Source of the DNA: Meiothermus sp.
GTDB lineage: Bacteria > Deinococcota > Deinococci > Deinococcales > Thermaceae
Direction: 5' to 3'
Assembly (NCBI GenBank): GCA_033762915.1
Contig: JANRLD010000070.1
Span: forward strand, 19,745 to 83,744
Length of the DNA stretch: 64,000 bases
Shown here: positions 19,960 to 29,672 of the stretch, one piece after another
Layout: each line of letters starts with the position of its first letter
How positions within the stretch are numbered: position 1 is the stretch's first letter
Notes under the pieces: generated by a model
What the model was told of the DNA's origin: nothing
Databases searched by the model: none
What the model saw: only the letters and a program-made list of their open reading frames with translations
Translations under genes and position numbers: made by a program

Positions 19960-20895
19960 CTAATTCAAGGCCTGCCCTCTTCTCCGCCCGCGCTTGTGGT
20001 GGTACATGGCCTCGTCGGCCTGGCGTACGGCGGTCTCGAGCTCGAGGTGGCCCGCGTCGGCCCAGCCCACCGAGACCGGGGGAGCACCGACCAGCACCCG
20101 CTCAACCACCTCGGCGGGGTTGTTCAGCCCCAGGTGGAGGCTCAGGAACTCGTCGCCGCCCACGCGGAACAGCACGTCCTCCTGGCGCAGGTTGTGCTTG
20201 AGGGCCCTGACCAGGCCCAGGATGGCCTGGTCCCCGGCAGCGTGGCCGTGGGTGTCATTGATGCGCTTGAGGTCGTCGAGGTCCCAGGAGATCACCACCA
20301 GCGGCACGTTCTGGCGACCGGCCAGGGCCTGGTAGCGGTCGAACTCGGTTTTCAGAAGGCGTCGGTTGAAGACCCCGGTCATGGGGTCCTGGATGGCCAG
20401 GCGCTCGAGTTCGGTCTGGGCGGACTCCAGGCGCTTGAGCTGGAAGTACATGCATGTCCCCATACTCGAGGCTATCACCGCAGGAATCAGATACAACCAG
20501 TGCCCGTCGAGGTGGCCGAAAAAGAAGATGTAGGTGGCCAAACCCGCCACCGCCCCCAACGGCCCCCCAAAAATCCCCAGGGCCAGCAAGGGCAGCAGCC
20601 CGAAGGTGGGGGTCAGGTTGGCCAGCTCGAGGAAGGCCGGGCCAGCCTGCCTGAGGAGGTTCTCGAGCCAGTACAAAACCCCTAAGGCAATCATCTGGTG
20701 GGCGGCAATGCCCCAGATAGGCCAGGGGATCAGGGGGCTGTAAAGCAACAATCCCGAAAAGACAAAGACCCCACAAGCCAGGGTGGCCTCGAGGTCGCCC
20801 TGCTGCAAGAAGTAGAACAAAAACCCAGTGGCCGACAACAGGGACAGCGCCCAGTACGACTGGACAAACAGTGACCAAGGCCGCTTGGTATGCAC
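19960..20895 (-). CDS. Membrane-anchored diguanylate cyclase (GGDEF)
   Basis: N-terminal TM segments; DPMTGVFNRR, DLDDLKRINDTHGHAAGD, RVGGDEF and ADEAMY motifs. Confidence 0.93.
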   Translation of the reverse strand: MHTKRPWSLFVQSYWALSLLSATGFLFYFLQQGDLEATLACGVFVFSGLLLYSPLIPWPIWGIAAHQMIALGVLYWLENLLRQAGPAFLELANLTPTFGLLPLLALGIFGGPLGAVAGLATYIFFFGHLDGHWLYLIPAVIASSMGTCMYFQLKRLESAQTELERLAIQDPMTGVFNRRLLKTEFDRYQALAGRQNVPLVVISWDLDDLKRINDTHGHAAGDQAILGLVRALKHNLRQEDVLFRVGGDEFLSLHLGLNNPAEVVERVLVGAPPVSVGWADAGHLELETAVRQADEAMYHHKRGRRRGQALN

Positions 20896-21276
20896 GCTCC
20901 GACTCCCACCCTGCCGCTCAAACGTAGTTTAGCAAGGTTATGGGTCAGATCATGCCCAATACAAACATCATTCATAGACTAGGTCTGCTAAGGAAATTTC
21001 CAGGCCCTCTTAATGCCCTCACCCGCGGCTAAATTTAGAAAGGTTAAGGATCCTTAATCTCAATAAAGGCCCGCCCAAGAGGCCCGCCAAGGACTTGCGC
21101 CCGTGCCTGCGGGGAACGCAGCCCCGGCATTGGCCGGTCCCACAAAGACCCTGGCGCAACTCAGCGGCCATGCCGACCCACGGGCAGACCGGGGCCCTAA
21201 CCCAGACCCAAGGCTGCAGCTGGGCGAAACGAAGATGCCGCAGGGCGGTGAGGGGTCAAGCAGATTTGGCACAACC

Positions 21277-21795
21277 CTAGCGCGCCGTGGCCAGGGCCTC
21301 GAGGCGCACCTCGATGGGATCGTTGATGGTGATGAACAGGAGTTGCGGGCGGGTCAGGTTCCACTCGCTGAAGCTGGTGTTGAAGCGACCGCTGAAGCGG
21401 TAGTTGCCGCCCTCCTTTACCAGCTTCCCGGCGATCTGCTTAACTCTGCGCACCCCGCTGATCTCGAGCTGCCCCACCAGGGTGGCGTCGTCTCCACTCA
21501 GGCTCAGGCGCTGCACGTCCATGCAACTCTGGGGGTTCTTGCCGGTGTCGAAGACTCCCCGGCTGTCGGCGTCGCGCAGCGGGTTTCCGGTCTCGAATCG
21601 GGCCAACTCCACGCAAATCCGACCCGAGGCCTCGCCGGTCTGGACGTTCCAGGTGACCGAGCCCCGCACGCTGCCGTTGCTCCCCTGCCAGGCCCCCAGG
21701 CTGTAGCTGGCCGAATACGACACCCGCCCGGTGATGTTGAACTGCTGGGCGCAGGCCAGCCCGAGCAGCACCATAAGCGCAATTAATCTAGGCAT
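21277..21795 (-). CDS. YceI-family protein
   Basis: Signal or lipoprotein N-terminus; FETGNPLRD, GQLEISGV and SFSEWNL motifs. Confidence 0.85.
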   Translation of the reverse strand: MPRLIALMVLLGLACAQQFNITGRVSYSASYSLGAWQGSNGSVRGSVTWNVQTGEASGRICVELARFETGNPLRDADSRGVFDTGKNPQSCMDVQRLSLSGDDATLVGQLEISGVRRVKQIAGKLVKEGGNYRFSGRFNTSFSEWNLTRPQLLFITINDPIEVRLEALATAR

Positions 21796-21927
21796 ACAGG
21801 CTACGATACGGCAAAGCGGTGAGTGGTGTGCAAATACACCCCACAAATCCCCCTCCCGCCCAGCCTCCCAGCACCCCTTTACCGGGTTCCTTCTTGCCCG
21901 TTCCCTGTCGTGCTCGCCGTGAAGTGT

Positions 21928-23709
21928 TCAGCCTAACAGCTTCGCCACTTCCTCGTCGGAGATCGCCGCGCTGTCGTCCACCTCGTCCCGCTTCATGGCC
22001 CAAGCAGGCATGGGGAAGGTCAGAGGCAGGGGGACGGGAAGCTCGGGCTGCTGGAGGATCATGGTGCCCTGGGGGAGGATCATGGCCCGCTGGCGGAAGC
22101 TGGCGGGGAGGTAGCGGTACTCGGGACGCTCGGCCTCGGCGGCGTCGAGGCGGCCCACCACCCGGATGGCGGCGTTGCCCACCACCCGGCGCTCGACCTC
22201 CGAGGCGGTCTGCTGGGCTCCGATCAGGATCACCCCAAGGCTGCGCCCGCGCTCGGCGATGTCGAGCAGGATGTCCTTGATGGGGCTGTCCTCCTCGCGG
22301 GGCGCGTACTTGTTCAGCTCGTCGAGCACCACGAAGACCTGCCCCGGTCGGCCCGCCTCCTTCCTGGCAAAGACCTCGCGCAGGATCGAGCCCACCACAA
22401 ACATCTGGCCCTGGCTGGACAGCTTATGGATGTCAATCACGCTCAGGTTTTCTTGTGCCCCCAGCGGATCGGGGCGCTTGCCGGTTCTATCGCCGCGGAT
22501 CAGATGGCCCACTGAGCTTACGCTCGACTTCAGCCTTCGCACAAATGCTTGAAGGGTCGCGGTGGCTTGGCGGGCGGTCCACAGCGGGTCGCCTTTGGGT
22601 TTCTTTTCGTCTTCCTCACCGCCCTCTGGGCCGAGCAACTTGTACTCGACATAACGCACGAGCTGTCCAAAGTGCGTAATCTTCATCTTGCCCAAGTCGG
22701 TGAAGGTGACGTTGGCCTCGGCTGCGCTCAGGTCGTCGGCCCAGTCGTCCACCAGGATGGCGGGGCCTCTCTGGCCGTTCTTCTCGTCCCCCACCAGCCT
22801 GCGCAGACGCTCTGCGACGCCGTCGATCAGGAAGCCCAGGTTGCTCATCGAGCCCCGGTCGGTGAACAGGAAAGGCAGAAAGCCCTCGCGGCAGAACTGC
22901 ACCAAGTCCCAGTAGTAGGTCTGGGCGTCGTGGCGGCCTACGTCAGGCAGGATGTCGCCCTCAGTGCGGCGCGGCGGAGCCTGGAAGAGGACGCTCTTGA
23001 AGGGCTCAGGCTTCAGGCCCAGCTTGCGGTAGGCCTCCCGGGCCTCATCGGAGAGGCCGTTGTTGGGCTTGTCCAAGTAGAAGAGGTCTTCGCCCTTGAC
23101 GTTGAAGATCAAGGCCTTGGTGTTGGCCTTCTGGACGTTGGCGGGGGACTGGAAAATCGAGTGCAGCAGGAAGGTGGCGTAAGAGGTCTTGGCCGCCACG
23201 CCCGAGACACCGGAGATGTTGACGTGGCCGCCCTTGAAGCCACTGATGAAGTCGAAGTTGGCGTAGCCAACTTCGCCGTTCTTGAGCACCCCCACCGGCA
23301 GGCGCAGGTCCTTGCCTGCGCCCAGCATCTTGTCGTAGTAGAGCGCCTTGGCCAGCGCGTCGCCGGCGGCCAGATAGACCTTGGAACCGGGGTCGGGCGG
23401 AAGATATTCCTCGGGCTCGAGGCGCGTCACCTGGATGTGCGCGGCGTAGGACTGGCTCACCGGCAGCAGGGTGCGCTGAGCCAAAAACACGTCGGTGTCG
23501 AACTGCGAGCCCTCGTAAAGCTTCATCACCTGATCCACCATGCCGTAGTAGCGGATCAGCCCCTTCTTGGGGTCGGGGTGCTGGAACTCCACGTAGATCA
23601 GGTCGTCGAGGCGCAGATACTGCCCCTGTGAGGCGTCCACCGCCACCCAAAAGTCCAGCGCCCCGGCCTCGCGGCTGCCCAGGACCATGCCGACGGTTTG
23701 CGGAGTCAC
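21928..23709 (-). CDS. herA: HerA-family ATPase/helicase (HAS barrel plus P-loop)
   Basis: HVNISGVSGVAAKTSYA, IFNVKGEDL, VVLDELNKYAP and ERGRSLGVILIGAQQ motifs; adjacent to a NurA-like gene. Confidence 0.85.
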   Translation of the reverse strand: MTPQTVGMVLGSREAGALDFWVAVDASQGQYLRLDDLIYVEFQHPDPKKGLIRYYGMVDQVMKLYEGSQFDTDVFLAQRTLLPVSQSYAAHIQVTRLEPEEYLPPDPGSKVYLAAGDALAKALYYDKMLGAGKDLRLPVGVLKNGEVGYANFDFISGFKGGHVNISGVSGVAAKTSYATFLLHSIFQSPANVQKANTKALIFNVKGEDLFYLDKPNNGLSDEAREAYRKLGLKPEPFKSVLFQAPPRRTEGDILPDVGRHDAQTYYWDLVQFCREGFLPFLFTDRGSMSNLGFLIDGVAERLRRLVGDEKNGQRGPAILVDDWADDLSAAEANVTFTDLGKMKITHFGQLVRYVEYKLLGPEGGEEDEKKPKGDPLWTARQATATLQAFVRRLKSSVSSVGHLIRGDRTGKRPDPLGAQENLSVIDIHKLSSQGQMFVVGSILREVFARKEAGRPGQVFVVLDELNKYAPREEDSPIKDILLDIAERGRSLGVILIGAQQTASEVERRVVGNAAIRVVGRLDAAEAERPEYRYLPASFRQRAMILPQGTMILQQPELPVPLPLTFPMPAWAMKRDEVDDSAAISDEEVAKLLG

Positions 23710-23824
23710 AGACCCCCCCAAACGGCGGGGAGAGAAAACGGAGGGAATAGGAAAGGCAAGGCTGCAACGCCAAACCGGTGGGTTCTCTTTCCTCTTTCCT
23801 GTTTGCTCTTTCCGCAGTGCTTAC

Positions 23825-24778
23825 TCATACATTCACCCCGTCGAATAGCGCCCCCACAATCCTACGCCTCAGCACGTCACCCTGGCCCATGTAGCGGCCC
23901 AGCAGCAGCTCGAGGCCCCCCACGGGAATCAGGTTCTGGGGGGCTCTGGGGTCGCGGGCGGGGGTGGAGGCCATCTGGCAGAGCAGGTTTACCGAGAGGT
24001 CGGCGCGGTAGCGGGCCTCCTCGAGGCCCTCGCAGGGGGTCTCAACGCGGATCAGTCCGGCGCCCGCGTGGAAGGGCAGGGTGGGATTGAGCGGGAGGCG
24101 CATGTACCAGGAGAACAGCTCGAGCTTGCGCCGCCCCGAGGCAGGAATGTGGAAGACCGGGGTGCGCTGGGCGGGTTCGAGGCGGTTCAGCAAGGCCTCC
24201 TTATCCGGGGGCAGGTAGCGCTGCCACATGGTCTTGGCGTAACCGATCACCGGGAAGTCGGGCGGGCGCTGGGCGGCGGGCTGGTAGATGGGGCCGTCCA
24301 TGATGACCAGGCTCTGGGCGTCGGCTCCCAGCTGGCTGGCGAACTCGTACTCGAGGCTGCGCATCACATGATTAACCCGGCTGGCCAGCTCGCGCAGGTC
24401 CCTGGCCTGCACCTCGAGGGGCTGGTAGACCAAGCCCGGCCCCACCTCGACCCGCCCGCCAAACTCGCCGGTGTGCAGGGCATAGCGGCGCACCCAGGGC
24501 TCACCCGCCAGCTTGATCTCGGCCTCGTCGCGCACCAGCGCCCCCACCGCTACCGTGACCAAGAGCGCCCGGCTGCCTCCCTCGTTGGCGATCACCGCGT
24601 CCACACGCTGCCGCCCGTCGGTAAAAAACAGAATGCTGCGGGAGAGTCTGCGCGGGGTGATGGCCTGCCAGGGCGGCTCGAGATCGGCCTCCACCGCCAC
24701 GGTCGGCTCGGAGTCGACCTCGAGGCCCGCCTGCGGCAGGGCGTAGTCGGGATTCCAGGCTTCCAGTCTCCAGCTCAT
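23825..24778 (-). CDS. nurA: NurA-family nuclease
   Basis: FTDGRQR, MRSLE, IMDGPI, IGYAKT and DPRAPQNLIPVGGLE motifs. Confidence 0.8.
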   Translation of the reverse strand: MSWRLEAWNPDYALPQAGLEVDSEPTVAVEADLEPPWQAITPRRLSRSILFFTDGRQRVDAVIANEGGSRALLVTVAVGALVRDEAEIKLAGEPWVRRYALHTGEFGGRVEVGPGLVYQPLEVQARDLRELASRVNHVMRSLEYEFASQLGADAQSLVIMDGPIYQPAAQRPPDFPVIGYAKTMWQRYLPPDKEALLNRLEPAQRTPVFHIPASGRRKLELFSWYMRLPLNPTLPFHAGAGLIRVETPCEGLEEARYRADLSVNLLCQMASTPARDPRAPQNLIPVGGLELLLGRYMGQGDVLRRRIVGALFDGVNV

Positions 24779-24834
24779 CGGGTTCCACGATACGACAGGG
24801 GCGTAATTTGGGCAATCGAGGGCCGGCCCCACGC

Positions 24835-25653
24835 TCAGGTGTTTTGCTCGTGTTCTGTCCGGCGCTTGAGCACGGCGGCGGCGAGTCGGTCCAGCAGCCG
24901 GGGGGCGAACAGGCGCAGCCAGGGGATCAGCTTTCCCCTGGGGGTCAGCAGCAGCTCGCGGCGGCGGGCGCGGATGGCCTCGGCCATCTGGCGGGCGCAC
25001 TCCTCGGCACTCATGGCCCCCTCCTCGCGCAGGCCCGAGGCCCCCATGACCTGACCGGCCTTGTCCAAGCCGCGCTGGCGGATGCCAGTGGCCACCACGC
25101 CGGGGTAGACCAAGCAGACCTCCACACCCGAGTCCATCAGCTCCACCCGCAGGCAGTCGAACAGGCCGCCCACTGCCCACTTGCTGGCCGCGTAGGCCGA
25201 CCGACTGGGCACCCCCGTCCGCCCGATCAGGCTGCTCACCCCCACCAGCAGACCCCTGCTTTTCCTGAGGTGCGGCAGCGCGTGGCGCGTACACCACAAG
25301 GTGCCATAGAAGTTCACCTGCATCACCCGCTCGAAAATCGAAAAGTCTTCGATCTCCTCGAACAGGGCATGGGCGGTGATGCCCGCGTTGTTGACCAGAA
25401 TATCCAGCCCGCCGAAGTTCTCCACAGCCTTATCCACAAGCTGTTTGCAGTCGGCCTCGAGGCCCACGTCGGCCCGCACCGCCACCGCTTCGGCCCCTAG
25501 GCCGCGGCACTCCTGGGCCACCGCCTCGAGCCCCTTGAGGGCCCGCGCCGCCAAGATCAGCCGGGGCCGCTCGGGGGCCAGCCGCCGCGCCAGAGCCGCT
25601 CCAATGCCGTCCGAGGCCCCGGTGATCACCACCACCTTGCCGCTAAAGCTCAT
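24835..25653 (-). CDS. Short-chain dehydrogenase/reductase
   Basis: TGASDGIG, NNAG and YAASK motifs. Confidence 0.93.
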   Translation of the reverse strand: MSFSGKVVVITGASDGIGAALARRLAPERPRLILAARALKGLEAVAQECRGLGAEAVAVRADVGLEADCKQLVDKAVENFGGLDILVNNAGITAHALFEEIEDFSIFERVMQVNFYGTLWCTRHALPHLRKSRGLLVGVSSLIGRTGVPSRSAYAASKWAVGGLFDCLRVELMDSGVEVCLVYPGVVATGIRQRGLDKAGQVMGASGLREEGAMSAEECARQMAEAIRARRRELLLTPRGKLIPWLRLFAPRLLDRLAAAVLKRRTEHEQNT

Positions 25654-26002
25654 GGCCAGATTGTATTGCGCCCGGCCCGTCACGGGCGAATCCGCAGCTC
25701 GCTGGGAAGTACGGTGGGGGCTCGAGCCGTAAAAGACGTCTGCGCCTCGAGCCAAACCCCTGTCATTCTGAGCGGATACAGTCTGCCGCACGATGGGCGG
25801 TGACTCAGCTTGTTGTACGCGAAGAATCTCCGAAGGGCGAACACACGCCCACTCAATGTCGCAAACAGCCTATTACCGCCAACATGGAATGGACGACATG
25901 GAGCAGTGAGAGATTCGGAGTTTTTCTTGAGTACAGCGAAGTGTAGCCGTAATTCGTCGAAGGATCAGCAAAAAGCACTTGCTCAGAAAGACGCTGTTCC
26001 GA

Positions 26003-26323
26003 TTACGCTAACTTCTTATAATTCTCCAAAACTTCGAGGACTTTGTAGTGCCCTAGATGTTTGTCCGGTGAGTCTACAATTGCTTTTACCAAGAGAAGTG
26101 CCGTTTTTCCAGCGGAACCAACAGCAAAAAAACCAACACCTTTGGCAAGCAAAAAACCGACGATTTCAGGAGCCCCAATCCATGCAGCTTCAATCAGCGG
26201 GGTATCACCTACAACATCACGGTGATTGACATCTGCGCCCATCTGCACCACAGCTTGAACTGCTATCAAGTCCCCGTTATTTACCTTGTCATGCAGTGCC
26301 AGATTGAGTTTTTCCTTCGTCAC
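26003..26323 (-). CDS. Ankyrin-repeat protein (low GC)
   Basis: GADVNHRDVVGDTPLIEAA...EIVGFLLAKG and GKTAL motifs; GTG start overlaps the serS stop. Confidence 0.75.
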   Translation of the reverse strand: MTKEKLNLALHDKVNNGDLIAVQAVVQMGADVNHRDVVGDTPLIEAAWIGAPEIVGFLLAKGVGFFAVGSAGKTALLLVKAIVDSPDKHLGHYKVLEVLENYKKLA

Positions 26324-27591
26324 ACCGTCGCCTCGAGCCGCTCCTTCCCGAAATACGGCTGTACGGCCTTGGGCACGTTTACTGTGCCGTCTTCGTTCTG
26401 GTGGTTCTCGAGCAGCATCACCAGGATGCGGGGGGTGGCCAGGGCGGTGTTGTTGAGGGTGTGGGCGAACTTCACCTTGCCCTCGGCGTCGCGGTAGCGC
26501 AGGTTGGCGCGTCTGGCTTGCCAGTCCAGCAGGGCCGAGCAGCTGTGGGTCTCGCGGTAGCGGTTCTCGGAGGGCACCCAGGTCTCGAGGTCGATCTGGC
26601 GGTACTTGCCCAGGCCCATGTCGCCGGTGGCGACCTCCAGCACCCGGTAGGGCAGCTCGAGGGCCTGCAGGATACGCTCAGAGTTGTCGAGCATCAGGTC
26701 GAACCAGCGCTTGGTCTCCTCGAGGTCGGCCCGGCACAGCACGTACTGCTCGACCTTGTTGAACTGGTGGACGCGGGTCAGGCCGCGCACGTCCTTGCCC
26801 GCCGAGCCGGCCTCGCTGCGGAAGCAGGCCGATACGCCCACATAAGCCTTGGCGAGTTCGGCCTCGCCGAGAATTTCCCCGGCGTGAAGCGAGTTGAGCA
26901 ACACCTCCGAGGTGCCCGCCAAGTACATATCGTCGCCCTCGACCTTGTACACGTCCTCCCGCGCCTTGGGGAACTGCCCGTGGGCGTAGAAAACCTCCTC
27001 GCGGGCGTAGGCGGGTACGCTGACGGGGGTGAAGCCGTCACGGCGCAGCTCGTCGAGCGCGAAACGCAACAGGGCCTGTTCGTAGACCATCAGGTCGCCC
27101 TTGAGGGCGTAAGAGCGGCTGCCGGAGACTCGAGAGATGCGCTCCATCTCGCCCCAGCCGTTCTGGGTTATCAGCTCGAGGTGACCCTTGGGCTCGAACA
27201 GGAAGGTGCTGGGGGTGCCGTGGACGCGGGTCTCGACATTGAAGGAGTCGTCCGGCCCCACCGGCGAGCCCTCCCAGGGGATGGTGGGGGTGAGGAACAT
27301 CAGGGCCCGGAGCTTGGCCTCGAGCCCGCGCAGCTCGGGCTCCATCGCGGCGAGTTGCTGGCCGATCTGCTTGCCCCGCTCGATCATGGCGGCCCGCTCC
27401 TCGGGCTTGGCCTTGCCCGATGCTTTGGCATTGGCGTTGCGCTCGGCCAACAGGCTCTCGGTCTGGCGCTTGAGGTCGGCCACCTGCTTGTCCAGGGCCA
27501 ACAGCTCCTCGAGGTCGAGCGGACTGCCCTTCTCCTCGATGGCCTTGCGGACGGTTTCGGGGTTTTCGCGGATGAATTTGATGTCAAGCAT
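26320..27591 (-). CDS. serS: Seryl-tRNA synthetase
   Basis: MLDIKFIREN, GTSEV, CFRSEAGSAG, RVHQFNKVE, ETHSCS and HTLNNTALATPR motifs. Confidence 0.97.
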   Translation of the reverse strand: MLDIKFIRENPETVRKAIEEKGSPLDLEELLALDKQVADLKRQTESLLAERNANAKASGKAKPEERAAMIERGKQIGQQLAAMEPELRGLEAKLRALMFLTPTIPWEGSPVGPDDSFNVETRVHGTPSTFLFEPKGHLELITQNGWGEMERISRVSGSRSYALKGDLMVYEQALLRFALDELRRDGFTPVSVPAYAREEVFYAHGQFPKAREDVYKVEGDDMYLAGTSEVLLNSLHAGEILGEAELAKAYVGVSACFRSEAGSAGKDVRGLTRVHQFNKVEQYVLCRADLEETKRWFDLMLDNSERILQALELPYRVLEVATGDMGLGKYRQIDLETWVPSENRYRETHSCSALLDWQARRANLRYRDAEGKVKFAHTLNNTALATPRILVMLLENHQNEDGTVNVPKAVQPYFGKERLEATV

Positions 27592-27670
27592 AGCTGGTCT
27601 CAGGTCTCAGACGCGGGTCTCAAGGTCTAGGGTTTTCGGCTGTTGACCTATAACCTGCGGCTTACGACAT

Positions 27671-27958
27671 TTACTCGATGACCCTTGGAACCTTGAACTG
27701 CTGCTCGGCCTCTTCGACAGCCACCGACAGGGACTCGGACTGGGCGAGCGAAGATCGGGGCTCGTCGGGGCGCAGGCGGTTGACCGTCTCGATGGGGCGG
27801 GCCATCTCGGGAAGTCCGGAGGTGTCGAGCTCGTTAAGTTTCTCGAAGAAACCGACCATCGCCTTGAGGTCGGCCTCGAGGCGCACCTCCTCCTCCGGGG
27901 TGACCGCCAGGCGGCTCAGCTTGGTCAGGTTACGAACCAGTTCGGGCGTGATCTCCAT
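27671..27958 (-). CDS. gatC: Asp-tRNA(Asn)/Glu-tRNA(Gln) amidotransferase subunit C
   Basis: KLSRL, LNELDT, LRPDEP and FKVPRVIE motifs. Confidence 0.92.
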   Translation of the reverse strand: MEITPELVRNLTKLSRLAVTPEEEVRLEADLKAMVGFFEKLNELDTSGLPEMARPIETVNRLRPDEPRSSLAQSESLSVAVEEAEQQFKVPRVIE

Positions 27959-28025
27959 CAGAGCTATTGTACGGGGTGGGGGGCGGCGGGCCAAAAGGGG
28001 CGATAGCCCCGGACATATGTACCAG

Positions 28026-28054
28026 TTGAGTACCAAAGCTTTGTAGCATAGAAT
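28026..28054 (+). promoter_or_regulatory. Sigma-A promoter of the ABC operon
   Basis: TTGAGT-17bp-TAGAAT. GTACCA is repeated at 11-bp spacing (28019 and 28030) and may be an operator. Confidence 0.55.
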
Positions 28055-28090
28055 ACCCTCGAGCACCACTAAAGCTCACAAGGAGGCGCT

Positions 28091-29599
28091 ATGAACGGTC
28101 GCTGGTTTGGTTTGCTGGCCGCATTGCTATTGGCGATGGGGTGGTCTTTGGCGCAGAACCCGGTGCGGGGCGGAACCCTGCAGATCGGGGCCGACGCCTC
28201 GCCCTCGGGCCTCGACCCCCACGTGGCGACCGCCTTCGCCTCGTTCATAGTCACCGGTCAGATCTACGAGGGTCTGACCGAAATCGACGAGCGCCTGCGC
28301 CCCCGCCCGGCCCTGGCTGAGTCCTGGTCGGTTAGCTCGGACGGGCTGACCTACACCTTCAGAATCCGCTCGGGCGTTACCTTCCACGACGGCAAGGCCA
28401 TGACCGCCGGTGATATCGCCTTCTCCATCAACCGCGTGCGCGACACCAAGACCGGCTCGCCCATCGCCAGCCGCATCAACCTCGTCAAGGACGTGAAGGC
28501 CACGTCGGCCACGCAGCTGGTGGTGGAGCTTTCGCAGCCCTTCGCGCCCATGCTGATCGAGCTGGCAGGGATCGCGGTGATGTCGGAGGACTACGTCAAG
28601 GCCGGCAACGACATGCAGCGCAGGCCCATGGGGACCGGGCCGTTCGCCTTCAAGGAGTGGGTGCCGGACACCTACATCCTGCTCGAGCGCAACGCCCGCT
28701 ACTGGCGGCAGGGGCGGCCCTACCTGGACGCCCTGCGCTACAACATCGTGCCCGACCCCGCCACCCGCCAGGTCGGCCTGGCCAGCGGCACCTACCAGTT
28801 CCTGCCCAACATCGACCCCTCGCTGGCCGTCACCCTGCGCACCACCCCCAACGTCAAGCTGATCACCGCCCAGGACCTGGCCTACACCCTGATCGGGATG
28901 AACGCCTCGCGCAAGCCCTTCGACAACCCCAGGGTGCGCGAGGCCCTCAACTACGCCATCAACCGCTCCCAGATCGTGCAGGCGGTCTACTTCGGCAACG
29001 GGGCGCCGGCCGGCCCGCTGGGCCTGCGCTCGTGGGCCTCGCCCCAGGGGGCCTTCCCCTGCTACAACACCAACGCCAACAAGGCCAAGGAGTTGCTGGC
29101 CCAGGCGGGCTACGCCAACGGGGTGGACTTCGGGATGATCGTGATCGGCTCCAACAAGACCGTGGTTGACGCGGCCCAGGTGGTGCAGCAGCAGCTGGCC
29201 CAGGCCGGCTTCCGGGCCAAGGTGGAGGTGCTCGAGCAGGGCAAATTTATCCAGGAGTGGCGCAACTCCAACTTCGACACCTTCGCCTCGATCAACGGCG
29301 GGAACGCCGACCCCGACGGCTACCTCTTCCGCACCTTCTCCACCGGCGGCTCCACCAACGTCTTCAAGTACTCCAGCCCCACCGTGGATCGCCTGCTCAA
29401 CCAGGGCCGCACCACCGTCAGCGAGGAGGCCCGCCGCCCCATCTACGCCCGCCTGCAGCTCGAGCTGGCCTGCCAAGGCCCCATCGCCCACCTCGTCTAC
29501 GGCACCCTCTTCTCCGCCGCCCGCGAGAACGTCCAGGGCTTCAAACCCATCCCCACCCGCTCCCTGATCTACCTGCGCGACACCTGGCTCGCCAGATAA
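28091..29599 (+). CDS. ABC transporter substrate-binding protein (Opp/Dpp family 5)
   Basis: LDPH, LAESW, GVTFHDG, GTGPF and PFDNPRVREALNYAI motifs. Confidence 0.95.
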   Translation: MNGRWFGLLAALLLAMGWSLAQNPVRGGTLQIGADASPSGLDPHVATAFASFIVTGQIYEGLTEIDERLRPRPALAESWSVSSDGLTYTFRIRSGVTFHDGKAMTAGDIAFSINRVRDTKTGSPIASRINLVKDVKATSATQLVVELSQPFAPMLIELAGIAVMSEDYVKAGNDMQRRPMGTGPFAFKEWVPDTYILLERNARYWRQGRPYLDALRYNIVPDPATRQVGLASGTYQFLPNIDPSLAVTLRTTPNVKLITAQDLAYTLIGMNASRKPFDNPRVREALNYAINRSQIVQAVYFGNGAPAGPLGLRSWASPQGAFPCYNTNANKAKELLAQAGYANGVDFGMIVIGSNKTVVDAAQVVQQQLAQAGFRAKVEVLEQGKFIQEWRNSNFDTFASINGGNADPDGYLFRTFSTGGSTNVFKYSSPTVDRLLNQGRTTVSEEARRPIYARLQLELACQGPIAHLVYGTLFSAARENVQGFKPIPTRSLIYLRDTWLAR

Positions 29600-29672
29600 G
29601 TGCGAACAGCCAAGGGCAGAGGGCCGAGGGCCGACCGCTCCAGGCTCCCTGCCCTTAACCTGTGCGTCTTCT

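Noticed and set aside
21928..24778. HerA as an anti-phage system
   Set aside because: Its partner is a NurA-like nuclease with native composition, matching the known Thermus/Deinococcus repair pair.
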